Below are positions 1-9,355 of a DNA stretch of 64,000 nt, piece after piece. Each line of letters begins with the position of its first letter. Position 1 is the first letter of the stretch. The position numbers and the translations under genes were made by a program. The stretch comes from Thermostichus sp. DRC_bins_24. GTDB lineage: Bacteria > Cyanobacteriota > Cyanobacteriia > Thermostichales > Thermostichaceae. The notes beneath the pieces are model-generated. The model was not told where the DNA came from, did no database searches, and worked only from the letters and a program-made list of their open reading frames with translations. The stretch is taken from the NCBI GenBank assembly GCA_039794845.1, contig JAUQVK010000084.1:14975-78974 (forward strand), written 5' to 3'.

Positions 1-759
1 CAGCTCCAATAGGCGCAATCCCTGCCCACCGTAGCGACCGAGCAGCGCCTTCACCAGCGAAGACTTCCCCGTGCCGCGTGCCCCGTAGAGCAACACATGC
101 AAGGCCGACCGGCCCTGAATCAAGGCTTCGGTATTGGCTGCCAGCCGCTGTTTTTGCCGTTCATTGCCGTAAATCCAATCCCAATCCGGCAAATCGGGAG
201 TTGGGATCCCTTGTAACCCCGCCGGGCCCCAGCGAAACGCCCAATACTGCCCGCACAGCCCCACCCCTGCCTGACGGTAATGGGTGATCAGCTCCTCCAG
301 GCTCAGCCCCCAATCGGCAAAGCGGCGCGGATCCCAGCCATTGCCCGCCTCTCCATCCGGCCAGTGGATCCCCAAGCCCAAGGCCTGTACCTGCTCCCAG
401 ATCGCCTCTTGGCTATCCGCAAGGACTTGTAGGCACTGCAAATCATGAGAGGCAGCCTGTCGCAACGGGGCCGGGATCCCGGTTGACCCCAAGGCGGCCC
501 GCGAAAAAGGGTTATCCGATAGGCGCACTTCTTGAATCAGCCATTCCCGCCAACTTAAGTGCCGCTGGGCCAGCAACTCAAACCAACGGCCATAGGCGGC
601 CAAACACCGCAAGGGATCCCCTTCCGCCAACCGCTGCATCAGCTCCTGCCAGGCCAGGGCAACGGGATGGGCAAGAATGCCCCGAAACACCAGCAGCTCA
701 GCCGCGGCCTCCTCAGCCTCCTGCAGTCGCGTCAGCGTTGGAGAACAACAAGCCGTCAT
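1..759 (-). CDS. DUF815-like AAA+ ATP-binding protein (partial, runs off the left edge)
   Basis: Not in the ORF track. Manual minus-strand translation near the left edge gives ...LAANTEALIQGRSALHVLLYGARGTGKSSLVKALL (Walker A). An in-frame ATG at 759 overlaps the upstream stop (ATGA). Confidence 0.75.
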   Translation of the reverse strand, partial: MTACCSPTLTRLQEAEEAAAELLVFRGILAHPVALAWQELMQRLAEGDPLRCLAAYGRWFELLAQRHLSWREWLIQEVRLSDNPFSRAALGSTGIPAPLRQAASHDLQCLQVLADSQEAIWEQVQALGLGIHWPDGEAGNGWDPRRFADWGLSLEELITHYRQAGVGLCGQYWAFRWGPAGLQGIPTPDLPDWDWIYGNERQKQRLAANTEALIQGRSALHVLLYGARGTGKSSLVKALLGRYGGQGLRLLEL

Positions 760-1103
760 GATCCCTCATCCTCGGAAGAGCCGCGCCGGCTATCCCGGCG
801 GCCCAATTCGTACAAGCCACCACTGACACAAGCGATCAACCCGCAAGACACCCCCCAGCTTTTCCCCAGAGAGATCTCCGTCAGCGCCACCACCACCGCC
901 GCTCCCAGCAAAAAAGGCGCCAAACTCAGCAACGAGGCCAAAGCCCCGGTCGGATCAAACGTCAGTTGTTGTTCCCAGCCCTCCTGCAACCGCCGGTGCA
1001 GCGGCGAAAAGCCCCACATCAGCCCCAAACACCACAGGGCCACACCCGCCCACAACGAGGGGCGAATCATCTCCCAAGGCACAGCAAAAACAACGGGATT
1101 CAT
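756..1103 (-). CDS. small hypothetical membrane protein
   Basis: 115 aa, about 3 hydrophobic segments, translationally coupled to the ATPase. Confidence 0.65.
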   Translation of the reverse strand: MNPVVFAVPWEMIRPSLWAGVALWCLGLMWGFSPLHRRLQEGWEQQLTFDPTGALASLLSLAPFLLGAAVVVALTEISLGKSWGVSCGLIACVSGGLYELGRRDSRRGSSEDEGS

Positions 1104-1140
1104 AAGCGAACTCTACGGCGGGAATGCTCCCTATCCTAGG

Positions 1141-3012
1141 CTATCGGGATTCCGCCCATTCGGTGGCGGTGATCGTGGTGCCGGGGAATTGGATCGGGTT
1201 ACCCAAGCTCTGGATCTGCGCCTGCAACGCCGGTAAAAGTTGCAAATCCAAAAGGGGCTCCTGCGTAATCTCCGCCGGGATCAGATCCCGCTCGAGGGCA
1301 AAGTGGGCGGTATGCCCGGCCGCCGTGCCGATGGCCCACTCCACCGGATGCACCCGGTAGGAGCCGCTGGCAATGCGACTGGTGGCGATGTTTTTATTGC
1401 CCGCCAAAAGATTATCCACCCGCTGCGGGATCAGGGCGCGCAAGGGGATCTGGTAGGGGAAGCTGGGGGCCTGCGAGTCCTTGTTGTTGCTGGGGGGCAG
1501 GGAAAAATCCGGCAACAGGCAGTCGTGAAAATCAATCGGGTACTGGCCCACCCCCACCGAGTCGTAAAAAATAAAGGGGCGACCGCGGTTCAGCTCCGAC
1601 TCGCGGGTGGTGATATCCGACTCGTAAATGGTGAACCCCTCTGGGTAGGCTTTGCTGGGACGCCCGATAATCCGACGGGATTCACGGATGTAGGGATACT
1701 TGGAAAGGCCACTGGCCGTACCCATGGGGCTATCAAACCCCTGCATATAGCCGTAGCGCAGGTAGTAATCCTTCTGAAAATCCGGATCCTCCTGCTGCAG
1801 CAGAAAATCCGTTGTCCCCGCCACCAGCCAGTAGAAAAATCCCTGGGCGTGTTGTTCTCCTCGCAGCAGCGATTCCGGGCGCAACCCCCCCAGCCATCCC
1901 CCCGGCTCCAACTGTCCAGAGGCCTGCAGCTGCTCGTGGGTGAGAATGAAATTTTTGTCTGGCCCCGTGATCCGCCAGTCGTTGCCCCAGGTCCAGTTCT
2001 GCATGGATTGATCCCCCACCCGGATGGCCTCTTCCCCAAAGCCAAAGACTTGTCCCCAGATGCGCCGGTAGGTAAATACCAACGGGAAATTAAAACGGGG
2101 ATGCTCGAAGCTGTAGTACGGGCCATGCAGTGGGTCATCGTAAAACTCCGGCCTCACGGGCAATTGCGGCAAGGGCAACCGCTCCATAACAAAGGTGTAG
2201 GTGAAGCCCTGGGTGCAGTAGGGATCCTCGTAGGGCTTGGAACTGGGTTCCCAACGGTTTTCTCCGTCGGGGCCTAGTCGGTAGGGCACCCGCGCCAGAG
2301 GCAGTAGCTCGCCGGTTTCGGTGGCATCGATCACCATCCAGGGCAGGGTTTGGCTGCGGCGATCGGGGGGCGGCTGGAAGCGCAGGATCTCCTTGTCCCA
2401 ATCTGCGGTGGGTTCCAGGCTGTAAAAATCCAAGAAAAAGCTGGAGAGATCCCCCCGCTGCTCCGGCTCGACCCCAGCATGTTTGGGGATATTGCGGATG
2501 GCTTGCACGCTGCGGATCTGGTTGTCTCGCACCTCCAAATCCTTGACCACCGTTTCCGTGAACAGTTGCAACTGCCCCGCCTGCAGATAGGGATCCAACA
2601 TCTGGCGGATCACCTGATGGCCCACCTGCGGTGAAAAACACAGCACACTCACCCAGCACTTGCCCGGATTTGGATCCCCGCCATACTCCGCCCGTACCCG
2701 CTGGCGAAACTCGCTGTAGCCCCTGGGGAAGATGTCATTTTCCCGTTGCAAAGGCCGCTCATCCAGCGCCGACACCCCCTGGGCACTCACCTGGCCGCCG
2801 ATCCAATCGGTGATCTCCGTCATGCACACTTGGCGTCCCAGTTGTAGGGCATCGTAGGCGGCTGCCACCCCCCCCAGTCCGCCACCCGCAATGAAGATCT
2901 CGCAGGTCACCGGAGTTTCCGGCAAAGCTCCCCCAGAAGGTTGAGCCACCCCCGCCCCCGAGCCGAGGATCCCCAGCCCCAGCACCACACCGCCCCACGC
3001 TTGAAGTTTCAT
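1141..3012 (-). CDS. exported FAD-dependent oxidoreductase
   Basis: Signal peptide, IAGGGLGGVAAA Rossmann motif, WIGGQVSAQGVSALDE, PYIRESRRI, YRVHPVEWAIG. Confidence 0.8.
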   Translation of the reverse strand: MKLQAWGGVVLGLGILGSGAGVAQPSGGALPETPVTCEIFIAGGGLGGVAAAYDALQLGRQVCMTEITDWIGGQVSAQGVSALDERPLQRENDIFPRGYSEFRQRVRAEYGGDPNPGKCWVSVLCFSPQVGHQVIRQMLDPYLQAGQLQLFTETVVKDLEVRDNQIRSVQAIRNIPKHAGVEPEQRGDLSSFFLDFYSLEPTADWDKEILRFQPPPDRRSQTLPWMVIDATETGELLPLARVPYRLGPDGENRWEPSSKPYEDPYCTQGFTYTFVMERLPLPQLPVRPEFYDDPLHGPYYSFEHPRFNFPLVFTYRRIWGQVFGFGEEAIRVGDQSMQNWTWGNDWRITGPDKNFILTHEQLQASGQLEPGGWLGGLRPESLLRGEQHAQGFFYWLVAGTTDFLLQQEDPDFQKDYYLRYGYMQGFDSPMGTASGLSKYPYIRESRRIIGRPSKAYPEGFTIYESDITTRESELNRGRPFIFYDSVGVGQYPIDFHDCLLPDFSLPPSNNKDSQAPSFPYQIPLRALIPQRVDNLLAGNKNIATSRIASGSYRVHPVEWAIGTAAGHTAHFALERDLIPAEITQEPLLDLQLLPALQAQIQSLGNPIQFPGTTITATEWAESR

Positions 3013-3127
3013 CCTGGCCTTTCCTCCACACACCCAGCCTTTTCAGGCTAGACGGATTTGGGCCACTTGAGGATCCCGAGAAGACCCAAGCGAGAGAAGA
3101 ACTTGGCTGTGCAGAACACGACTACAC

Positions 3128-3385
3128 CTAGGGCTTGACGCGCCTTAATTCTTCTCGCAGCACTCTCCGCAAGGTGGCTTCTAGAGGTTCACGGTTTTGC
3201 TGAATGTATTGACGCAAAGCCTCGTTAATTAGGGTTTGATAGTTCCCTCCGCCCGCCTCATGAACCTGCTCTCGAAACCAGTTCAGGATCTCATTGTCTA
3301 GCCGGATGGTAATGCGAGTTTTCCCCGCCAAGGTTGAATCAACAGCTCCTCTCTTCCCCTGGCTGAAATCATATTCTGCTTCCAT
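3128..3385 (-). CDS. brnA: BrnA-family antitoxin
   Basis: MEAEYDFSQGKRG...KTRITIRLDNEILNWFR...GNYQTLINEALRQY. Confidence 0.85.
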   Translation of the reverse strand: MEAEYDFSQGKRGAVDSTLAGKTRITIRLDNEILNWFREQVHEAGGGNYQTLINEALRQYIQQNREPLEATLRRVLREELRRVKP

Positions 3386-3659
3386 CACGACCCCTCCTCG
3401 TACTGCTGTTGCTCTTTTCGAGTTGCCTTGCGAGCAGAAATCAGGCGAATGTCTTCCCCGCGCATGGTGTAGACCACCCCACCACCAAGAGTCTGCCCAG
3501 TCCATCCATGCCCAATGTGACCCACCGATCTTCCTCATAGCCATCCTCGGAAAGGGTGATAGCCCAGTCATCTGAAAAGACAGAGACCGCATCTGCAAAA
3601 TCAATGCCGTGTTTGCGCAGGTTCGCTTTTGCTTTGCTGGGATCCCATTGATAGGCCAT
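3385..3659 (-). pseudogene. brnT: BrnT-family toxin, frameshifted
   Basis: N-terminus MAYQWDPSKAKANLRKHGIDFADA. The C-terminus VVYTMRGEDIRLISARKAT... is in another frame after a CCACC duplication at 3474-3483. Confidence 0.85.
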
Positions 3660-3749
3660 GACTGCATATATGTACTATTGCATGCACAATACTGAAAGAT
3701 TCAGCCTTCTGGCAGCCCTTATCATGGGAGAACGCATCGCAGATGGTTC

Positions 3750-5297
3750 ATGCCGGATCCCACGTTTGTCATCACCACCCCGATCTACTACGTCAACGCT
3801 GCCCCTCACATCGGCAGTGCCTACACCACCCTGATCGCGGATGCCATTGCCCGTTACCATCGCCTACGCGGCCAAGACGTACTCATGGTGACGGGTACCG
3901 ACGAACACGGCCAGAAAATCCAACGTACCGCCGAGGAACGCGGGATCCCGCCGCAGCAACACTGTGACGAACTGTCCGCCGAGTTTGTCAAGCTCTGGCA
4001 ACTCCTGAATATCCGCTATGACCGCTTCATCCGCACCACGGATCCCCGCCACAAAGCCATCGTGCGGGAATTTTTTCAGCGGGTTTGGCAGCAGGGGGAT
4101 ATTGTCACCGGGCGGCAACAGGGTTGGTACTGTGTGTCTTGCGAAGAGTTCAAAGATGCAGAGGAGCTGCTGGAAGGGGGATTCTGTCCCCTTCACCCCA
4201 ACAAAAAAGTGGAATGGAAAGACGAAGAGAACTACTTCTTCCGCCTCTCCCGCTACCAAGACAAGCTAGAAACCCTCTACACTGAGCACCCCGAGTTTAT
4301 TCAGCCCGACAGCCGCCGCAACGAGGTGCTTAGTTTTGTCAAGCAGGGCTTGCGCGACTTTTCCATCTCTCGGCCTAGCGTCTCCTGGGGGATCCCCTTC
4401 CCGACGGATCCCAGCCAAACCATCTATGTGTGGTTCGATGCCCTGATCAACTACCTCAGCGCCGCTTTGGATCCCGCCGATGAGCCCACCCTAGACCATG
4501 CCCTACGCCGTTACTGGCCTGCGGATGTACATTTGGTGGGCAAAGATATCGTTCGGTTTCACGCCATTTATTGGCCGGCCATGCTCATGTCTGCCGGGTT
4601 GCCACTGCCCAAACAGATATTCGGCCATGGTTTTCTCACCAAAGACGGTCTGAAAATGGGCAAAAGCCTGGGCAACACGGTGGATCCCTTTGAGTTGACC
4701 GCCCAATATGGCCCCGATGCGGTGCGCTACTATTTTCTGACCGAAATTGAGCTGGGCAAAGATGGGGATTTTAGCGAGAGCCGCTTTATCGATGTGCTCA
4801 ATGCCGATCTGGCCAACGATCTGGGCAACCTGCTCAACCGCACCCTCAACATGCTCAAGAAATACCGGGACTACCGCATTCCCACCGTTGGGATCCCTGC
4901 CGATAACCCCCTCAAAACCTTGGCGGAAACCCTCACCCCCCTGGTGGCGAATGCTTACGAGCGGTTGGATCTCAGCTCTGCGGCCCGGAAAACCCTCAGC
5001 TTGGCCCAGGCCAGCAACAAATACCTGGATGAACAGGCCCCCTGGACGCTGCACAAGCAAGGGGAAAGCGAAAAGGTGGCCCAAATCCTTTACGCCGTGC
5101 TGGAAAGTGTGCGCTGGGTGGCGGTGTTGCTCTCCCCTTTGGTGCCAGATCTCAGCCTGAAAATCTTGCAACAGCTGGGGTTTACCCTCACCGATGTCAC
5201 CCAATTGCGCTGGGATCCCGATACCCAATGGGGACAACTTCCCCCCGAGCAGGAGCCACAGCCCCCCACTCCGGTCTTTCAGAGAATACTCAAATAG
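3750..5297 (+). CDS. metG: methionine--tRNA ligase
   Basis: ITTPIYYVN, HIGS, GTDEHGQK, KMGKS motifs. Confidence 0.97.
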   Translation: MPDPTFVITTPIYYVNAAPHIGSAYTTLIADAIARYHRLRGQDVLMVTGTDEHGQKIQRTAEERGIPPQQHCDELSAEFVKLWQLLNIRYDRFIRTTDPRHKAIVREFFQRVWQQGDIVTGRQQGWYCVSCEEFKDAEELLEGGFCPLHPNKKVEWKDEENYFFRLSRYQDKLETLYTEHPEFIQPDSRRNEVLSFVKQGLRDFSISRPSVSWGIPFPTDPSQTIYVWFDALINYLSAALDPADEPTLDHALRRYWPADVHLVGKDIVRFHAIYWPAMLMSAGLPLPKQIFGHGFLTKDGLKMGKSLGNTVDPFELTAQYGPDAVRYYFLTEIELGKDGDFSESRFIDVLNADLANDLGNLLNRTLNMLKKYRDYRIPTVGIPADNPLKTLAETLTPLVANAYERLDLSSAARKTLSLAQASNKYLDEQAPWTLHKQGESEKVAQILYAVLESVRWVAVLLSPLVPDLSLKILQQLGFTLTDVTQLRWDPDTQWGQLPPEQEPQPPTPVFQRILK

Positions 5298-5484
5298 GTT
5301 TCTGTCGGGGAAATGGGCAATAGCGGCAAAGCCTGATGTTGCAGATCTAGCTCAATGCCCAGCGCTTCCAAAGGGATCACCCCAACGAGCGAAACCCCCT
5401 TTCCTCCAGGATTTGGTCGGCACGGTTGATCACCGTCAGGGTTGTGACTATTTTCCCCACGGGCACATTCTCAAGCACTTGCAT
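5279..5484 (-). pseudogene. clan AA aspartyl protease remnant (internal deletion)
   Basis: MQVLENVPVGKIVTTLTVINRADQILEERGF is joined out of frame to GVIPLEALGIELDLQHQALPLLPISPTETYLSIL*. The catalytic DTG core is absent. Confidence 0.7.
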
Positions 5485-5559
5485 GACTTATCCTTTCATC
5501 AACCTGAGTTCACGCTAGCAAGGAGATCCCGTTCTTAATTTTTCGCCTGAGGGAGGATC

Positions 5560-5681
5560 CCTCTGCCCGGTCAGGATTGGTCTCAATAAAGATGGAGAGT
5601 AGGGAATGGGGAGGCTTCGCCCACGCATCCCCGACCTCTGCCCGGTCAGGATTGGTCTCAATAAAGATGGAGAGTAGGGAA
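5560..5681. repeat. 47-bp direct repeat including the tRNA-Ala 3' end
   Basis: Identical copies at 5560-5606 and 5635-5681. Confidence 0.9.
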
Positions 5682-5740
5682 CTCGAATCCCTGACCTCTG
5701 CGGTGCGATCGCAGCGCTCTACCAACTGAGCTAACTCCCC
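5668..5740 (-). tRNA. tRNA-Ala(CGC)
   Basis: GGGGAGTTAGCTCAGTTGGTAGAGCGCTGCGAT-CGC-ACCGCAGAGGTCAGGGATTCGAGTTCCCTACTCTCCA folds as a cloverleaf. Confidence 0.93.
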
Positions 5741-6345
5741 ATGGCTTTACTAGAATAGCCCGAATCCGCAGCCAGTATCTGCTCCGCCCGCAATTCCAAC
5801 CCCGAAAACAGCTCAGACTTTACCTCATCGGATCCCTTTAGCTCCAGCGGGTCGTACCAACCCTCATGCAACAGCAGCAGGCTCACTTTCTCTTCCAACG
5901 GATCCACAATCCAATACTCACCAATCCCCAAAACACTGTACTCCGCCCGCTTAGCCCGGTAATCACTTGCCCGGCTCGACTCACTCACCACCTCCACCAC
6001 CCAAAAAGGCGGCGGCTCATGCAAACGGATCAACGCCTCTCGCGCCTGTAACCCCTGCCACTGCTCCGAAGAAAGCACCACCACATCCGGGATCCGCACC
6101 GTATCCCAGCGATTTCCCCGTGGCGATTGCACACCCAAACCACCTTGTACGGTTGTCCAAGCCAACTGCTGTCGGGAGATCTCTGCATCAAAAACCCGGC
6201 TCAGAAATTTTTGAATCTCCGTGTGCCGCCCAGTGGGAAGTGCCATCGGCACCAACTCCCCCGCCACCAACTCATAGCGAGTGTCGCTGTCATCAGAATA
6301 GGTGAGGTATTCTGCCAGAGTTAGATAGTGGGTTGCCAAAGCCAT
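5731..6345 (-). CDS. Uma2 (DUF820) family endonuclease
   Basis: RYELVAGELVPM, RIPDVVV, VVEVVS, DYRAKRAEYSVLGIGEYWIVDP. Confidence 0.92.
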   Translation of the reverse strand: MALATHYLTLAEYLTYSDDSDTRYELVAGELVPMALPTGRHTEIQKFLSRVFDAEISRQQLAWTTVQGGLGVQSPRGNRWDTVRIPDVVVLSSEQWQGLQAREALIRLHEPPPFWVVEVVSESSRASDYRAKRAEYSVLGIGEYWIVDPLEEKVSLLLLHEGWYDPLELKGSDEVKSELFSGLELRAEQILAADSGYSSKAMGS

Positions 6346-6417
6346 AGAACCTGCTCAGCCAGAGCCTTTCATGCTGACCATGTTAGCCTTGCCATCTCAT
6401 CAGGCGGAGAACTCTTC

Positions 6418-6609
6418 ATGCCTACAGACGATCAACTGCGAACTTGCTACCTCTACCAATGTCGGTTAGTCGAGCTAGGCTGGCAAATGAGAAGAATACA
6501 ACAGGTTCCGGGAGGTGAGGTGATCATGATCTGGATTCCCCGAGAGCCCACCGCAGCTTCTACGGAGCCCTTAATAGTTACTGTTTTGAATAACGGGAGT
6601 ATTGTATGA
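6418..6609 (+). CDS. small protein resembling DUF6888
   Basis: MPTDDQLRTC...IVTVLNNG, GGAG RBS, ATGA-coupled to the next ORF. Confidence 0.5.
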   Translation: MPTDDQLRTCYLYQCRLVELGWQMRRIQQVPGGEVIMIWIPREPTAASTEPLIVTVLNNGSIV

Positions 6610-6812
6610 AGCCTACTTATCAGTCGATGAGTACCCCCGAACTCATCCAGTATGTGGATGAAAGCGGCGATCCTTTGGCAGCCCAAGAACTGGTAGACAG
6701 GATGAAATCGGATCCCAGTCGCACCCCCGTTAACCCTCAGCAAGATCCGGAGTGGCCCGCCAAGCTAGAAGCGCTCATTACCCATCACCTCAACCCCTCT
6801 AGCCCCCAATAG
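6606..6812 (+). CDS. small protein resembling DUF6887
   Basis: MKPTYQSMSTPELIQYV...AAQELVDR pattern. Confidence 0.6.
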   Translation: MKPTYQSMSTPELIQYVDESGDPLAAQELVDRMKSDPSRTPVNPQQDPEWPAKLEALITHHLNPSSPQ

Positions 6813-6931
6813 GCACCAACCGGGCCGAAAAGGACGAGATCGGCCAGCCCCACAACCAAAACAACCCCCTCAACACACAAATGCCGAGGGGGGCAAGTCA
6901 GCCAGGGACGGATCCCAGCAGAGAACCGGGT

Positions 6932-7231
6932 TCAATAAAGCTCTTCTTCTTGATGGGTGATGATGGTGCAGTCGGAGGTAGGGTAAGCCACGCAAGTCAA
7001 CACATAACCCGCCTCGATCTGATCATCATCCAGGAACGACTGATCGCTTTGATCCACCGTGCCGCTGACCAGTTTGCCCGCACAGGTCGAACAGGCCCCC
7101 GCCCGGCAGGAATAAGGCAACTCCAAGCCTTGCTCCTCGGCCACATCCAAAATGTACTCGTCATCCGGTACTTCGATGGTAGCGTTCAAGCCTTGTTCTT
7201 CGTTGATCAGAGTGACCTTGTAGGTAGCCAT
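6932..7231 (-). CDS. petF: plant-type [2Fe-2S] ferredoxin
   Basis: [10 protein letters not shown]...[15 protein letters not shown]...LTCVAYP. Confidence 0.97.
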   Translation of the reverse strand: MATYKVTLINEEQGLNATIEVPDDEYILDVAEEQGLELPYSCRAGACSTCAGKLVSGTVDQSDQSFLDDDQIEAGYVLTCVAYPTSDCTIITHQEEELY

Positions 7232-7583
7232 CCTGGTGTGTCTCCAGTGAAAAACATCCACTCCTCATCCTGCCACCCTTCTGCCCCGGATCAAGCACAA
7301 TTCTGTGAGGAAATAGGCAAATCTTCCTGTTTTTTACAGAAACCCTGCTACACCCCCTACTGAATAAGGGTTTTAGCCTTTGCCAGACCTCTCACAAGCC
7401 CTGCTAACGCCGCTTCATCCATGCGTACCGATAGCCTCTTCTATTTACTTTTCCAACTCTTCCCTGGCCTCACCCCAGAACTGCTCAGCCAAGAACTGAA
7501 GGGATGGGGCTCCACACCTCACAGAGCAAGAGCAGGAAGTGCAAGTCTTGTCGTAGAAGGCCCGCCCACGAGCTGTAACTGCA

Positions 7584-7961
7584 TCATCCAACAGGGCTGA
7601 GATCTGGCCTCAGTTCGCGGGCGCCCCCCAGGTAAACGTGCTGCATGTCGGTTTGGGGCAGGGGGGTATTCAACTGGATCAAAACACGGATGCAACGGGG
7701 CAAGGCACCGATCACCTCCATCTGCTGTACGTCCAGAAGGGGCACCAATTCCCATCCCGGGCGGCGGCGGGCAAATTGGGCAGGGAAAGCAGCATTCAGG
7801 TCGGGGGTAACGGAAAAAATAACGCTGACCAACTCTGCCGGATCCAGAGCGTTGCGATGCTCTAGAGTATCCAACAGCTCAGTCACTGCCGTGCAAATGG
7901 CCTCGGCACTGTTCACAGGTACGGTGATGGCTCCTCGAATTGCTCTGACACGCCACCCCAA
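7584..7961 (-). CDS. aroH: chorismate mutase, AroH class
   Basis: WRVRAIRGAIT, FPA, LPRCIRVLI, HVYLGGARELRPD; TTG start inferred. Confidence 0.9.
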   Translation of the reverse strand: MGWRVRAIRGAITVPVNSAEAICTAVTELLDTLEHRNALDPAELVSVIFSVTPDLNAAFPAQFARRRPGWELVPLLDVQQMEVIGALPRCIRVLIQLNTPLPQTDMQHVYLGGARELRPDLSPVG

Positions 7962-8086
7962 GGCCACAACCTCACACGCTTGAGTTCGTCTTGCTTTCAG
8001 AAGATTATACAGATTCATTCCCCCTCTGTGGGATCCCGTCCTGTCCATGGAAACCGGCTGGGATCCGCTTACCCAGTTCAGCGCTC

Positions 8087-8788
8087 TCAGGTGGGTTGCA
8101 ACAGTTTCTCCAAAACTTGATCGTGGCTGAGTCCAGAATCCACCCAGGCTTCTCCTTCTTTAAGGCGAGCAACTGTGGTGAGGACAAATAAATTGCTCTT
8201 TGCCCCCAAAGCCTCGCTGGTGGTTTGCACACAGATCAAGTCTTGGCCGGTCAACTGGCTGAACCAAGTGCCCAACAAGCCCGCTTCCAAAAAGCCCATG
8301 GGCCGCGTAAAGTGGGCAGGAGTGAGGGCGGCAAAGGGGGAATTGCGAATGGATACCACCAGAACCCCCTGATCTTTGTAGGTCCAGTCGATCTCGATCA
8401 GTCCCCAGCCGTGGGTTTTCCAAGCTTGCCCTAAATTTTGCAAGAAAATGCCCATTTCTAGTTCGGCCAAAGGTTTTTGGTAATAGTCCGAAAGTTCCTG
8501 GGCAAACCGGCGGAAAAATTCCTTGCCCCACATGCGGCCACAGTTGCGCAAAACCAAACGGGCTGCTTGGCCGGTCTCGTATTCCAGTCCGGTGTAAATA
8601 CCCCGCAGCAAGGCTTCTGGGATCGCCAAAAGACGCTCGCCATGGCGACTTTCCAACAGGCCCGATTCCAAATCGCTCTGCAAATAGGCCCCGGGGGTGT
8701 AGTAATTGGCCAAAACCGGCGTATACGGGTCAAAGCCGGCGGAGCCATTGGGGGAGCCATTGGGGCTGTGGGTGGCAGTGCTGGTCAT
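8087..8788 (-). CDS. V4R-domain protein
   Basis: GERLLAIPEALLRGI, CGRMWGKEF, W..HGWG, FSQLTGQDLICVQT. Confidence 0.8.
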   Translation of the reverse strand: MTSTATHSPNGSPNGSAGFDPYTPVLANYYTPGAYLQSDLESGLLESRHGERLLAIPEALLRGIYTGLEYETGQAARLVLRNCGRMWGKEFFRRFAQELSDYYQKPLAELEMGIFLQNLGQAWKTHGWGLIEIDWTYKDQGVLVVSIRNSPFAALTPAHFTRPMGFLEAGLLGTWFSQLTGQDLICVQTTSEALGAKSNLFVLTTVARLKEGEAWVDSGLSHDQVLEKLLQPT

Positions 8789-8853
8789 AAGGGATCCCTT
8801 TGCGATCAAAAAATAAATAAAGTGGGGTTAGGCACAAAAGCAGTGGCGGCCTC

Positions 8854-9312
8854 CTAAAACAGCAAAGCCACCTGAACCTGGGTGATGAAGGGGCGGATAA
8901 ACTCCAGTTCACCAGCGGTCAAGTGATCTTTCAGCTCTTGTTGGAAAATCCGATAGGCAATTTCGTAAACACTCTGTAGCCCGTAGAGGCGCACCTCCTC
9001 CTCCATCCACTCAATTAGCCGCTCTCTTAGCAACTCTTCGTCCTGAAGCAGCATGGCTAGGGCGCTATGGCGCAACAACAACAACAGATGCCGCTGACAC
9101 AGCTCCAGCACTTGCCCCGAAAGACTGGGCATTTCCTGCTTGAGGGCGTTTAGGGTTCGGCTCACCATCTGGCTCTCCCGTTCCCGCAAGATTCGATACA
9201 CGTGTTGCCGTTTCGGCCATCCGAGAACGTAGGCTTTTAACTGGCCCAGCTCTTCCGGCTTGAGGTAGCGTGCTTCCGCTTCGATGAGCATCCGTTCGAT
9301 TGAGCTAGCCAT
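8854..9312 (-). CDS. phycobiliprotein/globin-fold protein
   Basis: EAEARYLKPEELGQLKAYV resembles a phycobiliprotein N-terminus; LCQRHLLLLLR. Confidence 0.7.
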   Translation of the reverse strand: MASSIERMLIEAEARYLKPEELGQLKAYVLGWPKRQHVYRILRERESQMVSRTLNALKQEMPSLSGQVLELCQRHLLLLLRHSALAMLLQDEELLRERLIEWMEEEVRLYGLQSVYEIAYRIFQQELKDHLTAGELEFIRPFITQVQVALLF

Positions 9313-9355
9313 CGTTGCATCTCCCAGTCGTGGAGTAGAGGGGGTGGGTGAGGAG

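Noticed and set aside
3128..3667. 179-aa toxin-antitoxin fusion ORF
   Set aside because: The upstream part is an off-frame reading of brnT, and BrnA similarity starts at 3385.
5560..5681. 47-bp repeat pair as a CRISPR array
   Set aside because: The repeat and the intervening sequence derive from the tRNA 3' half.
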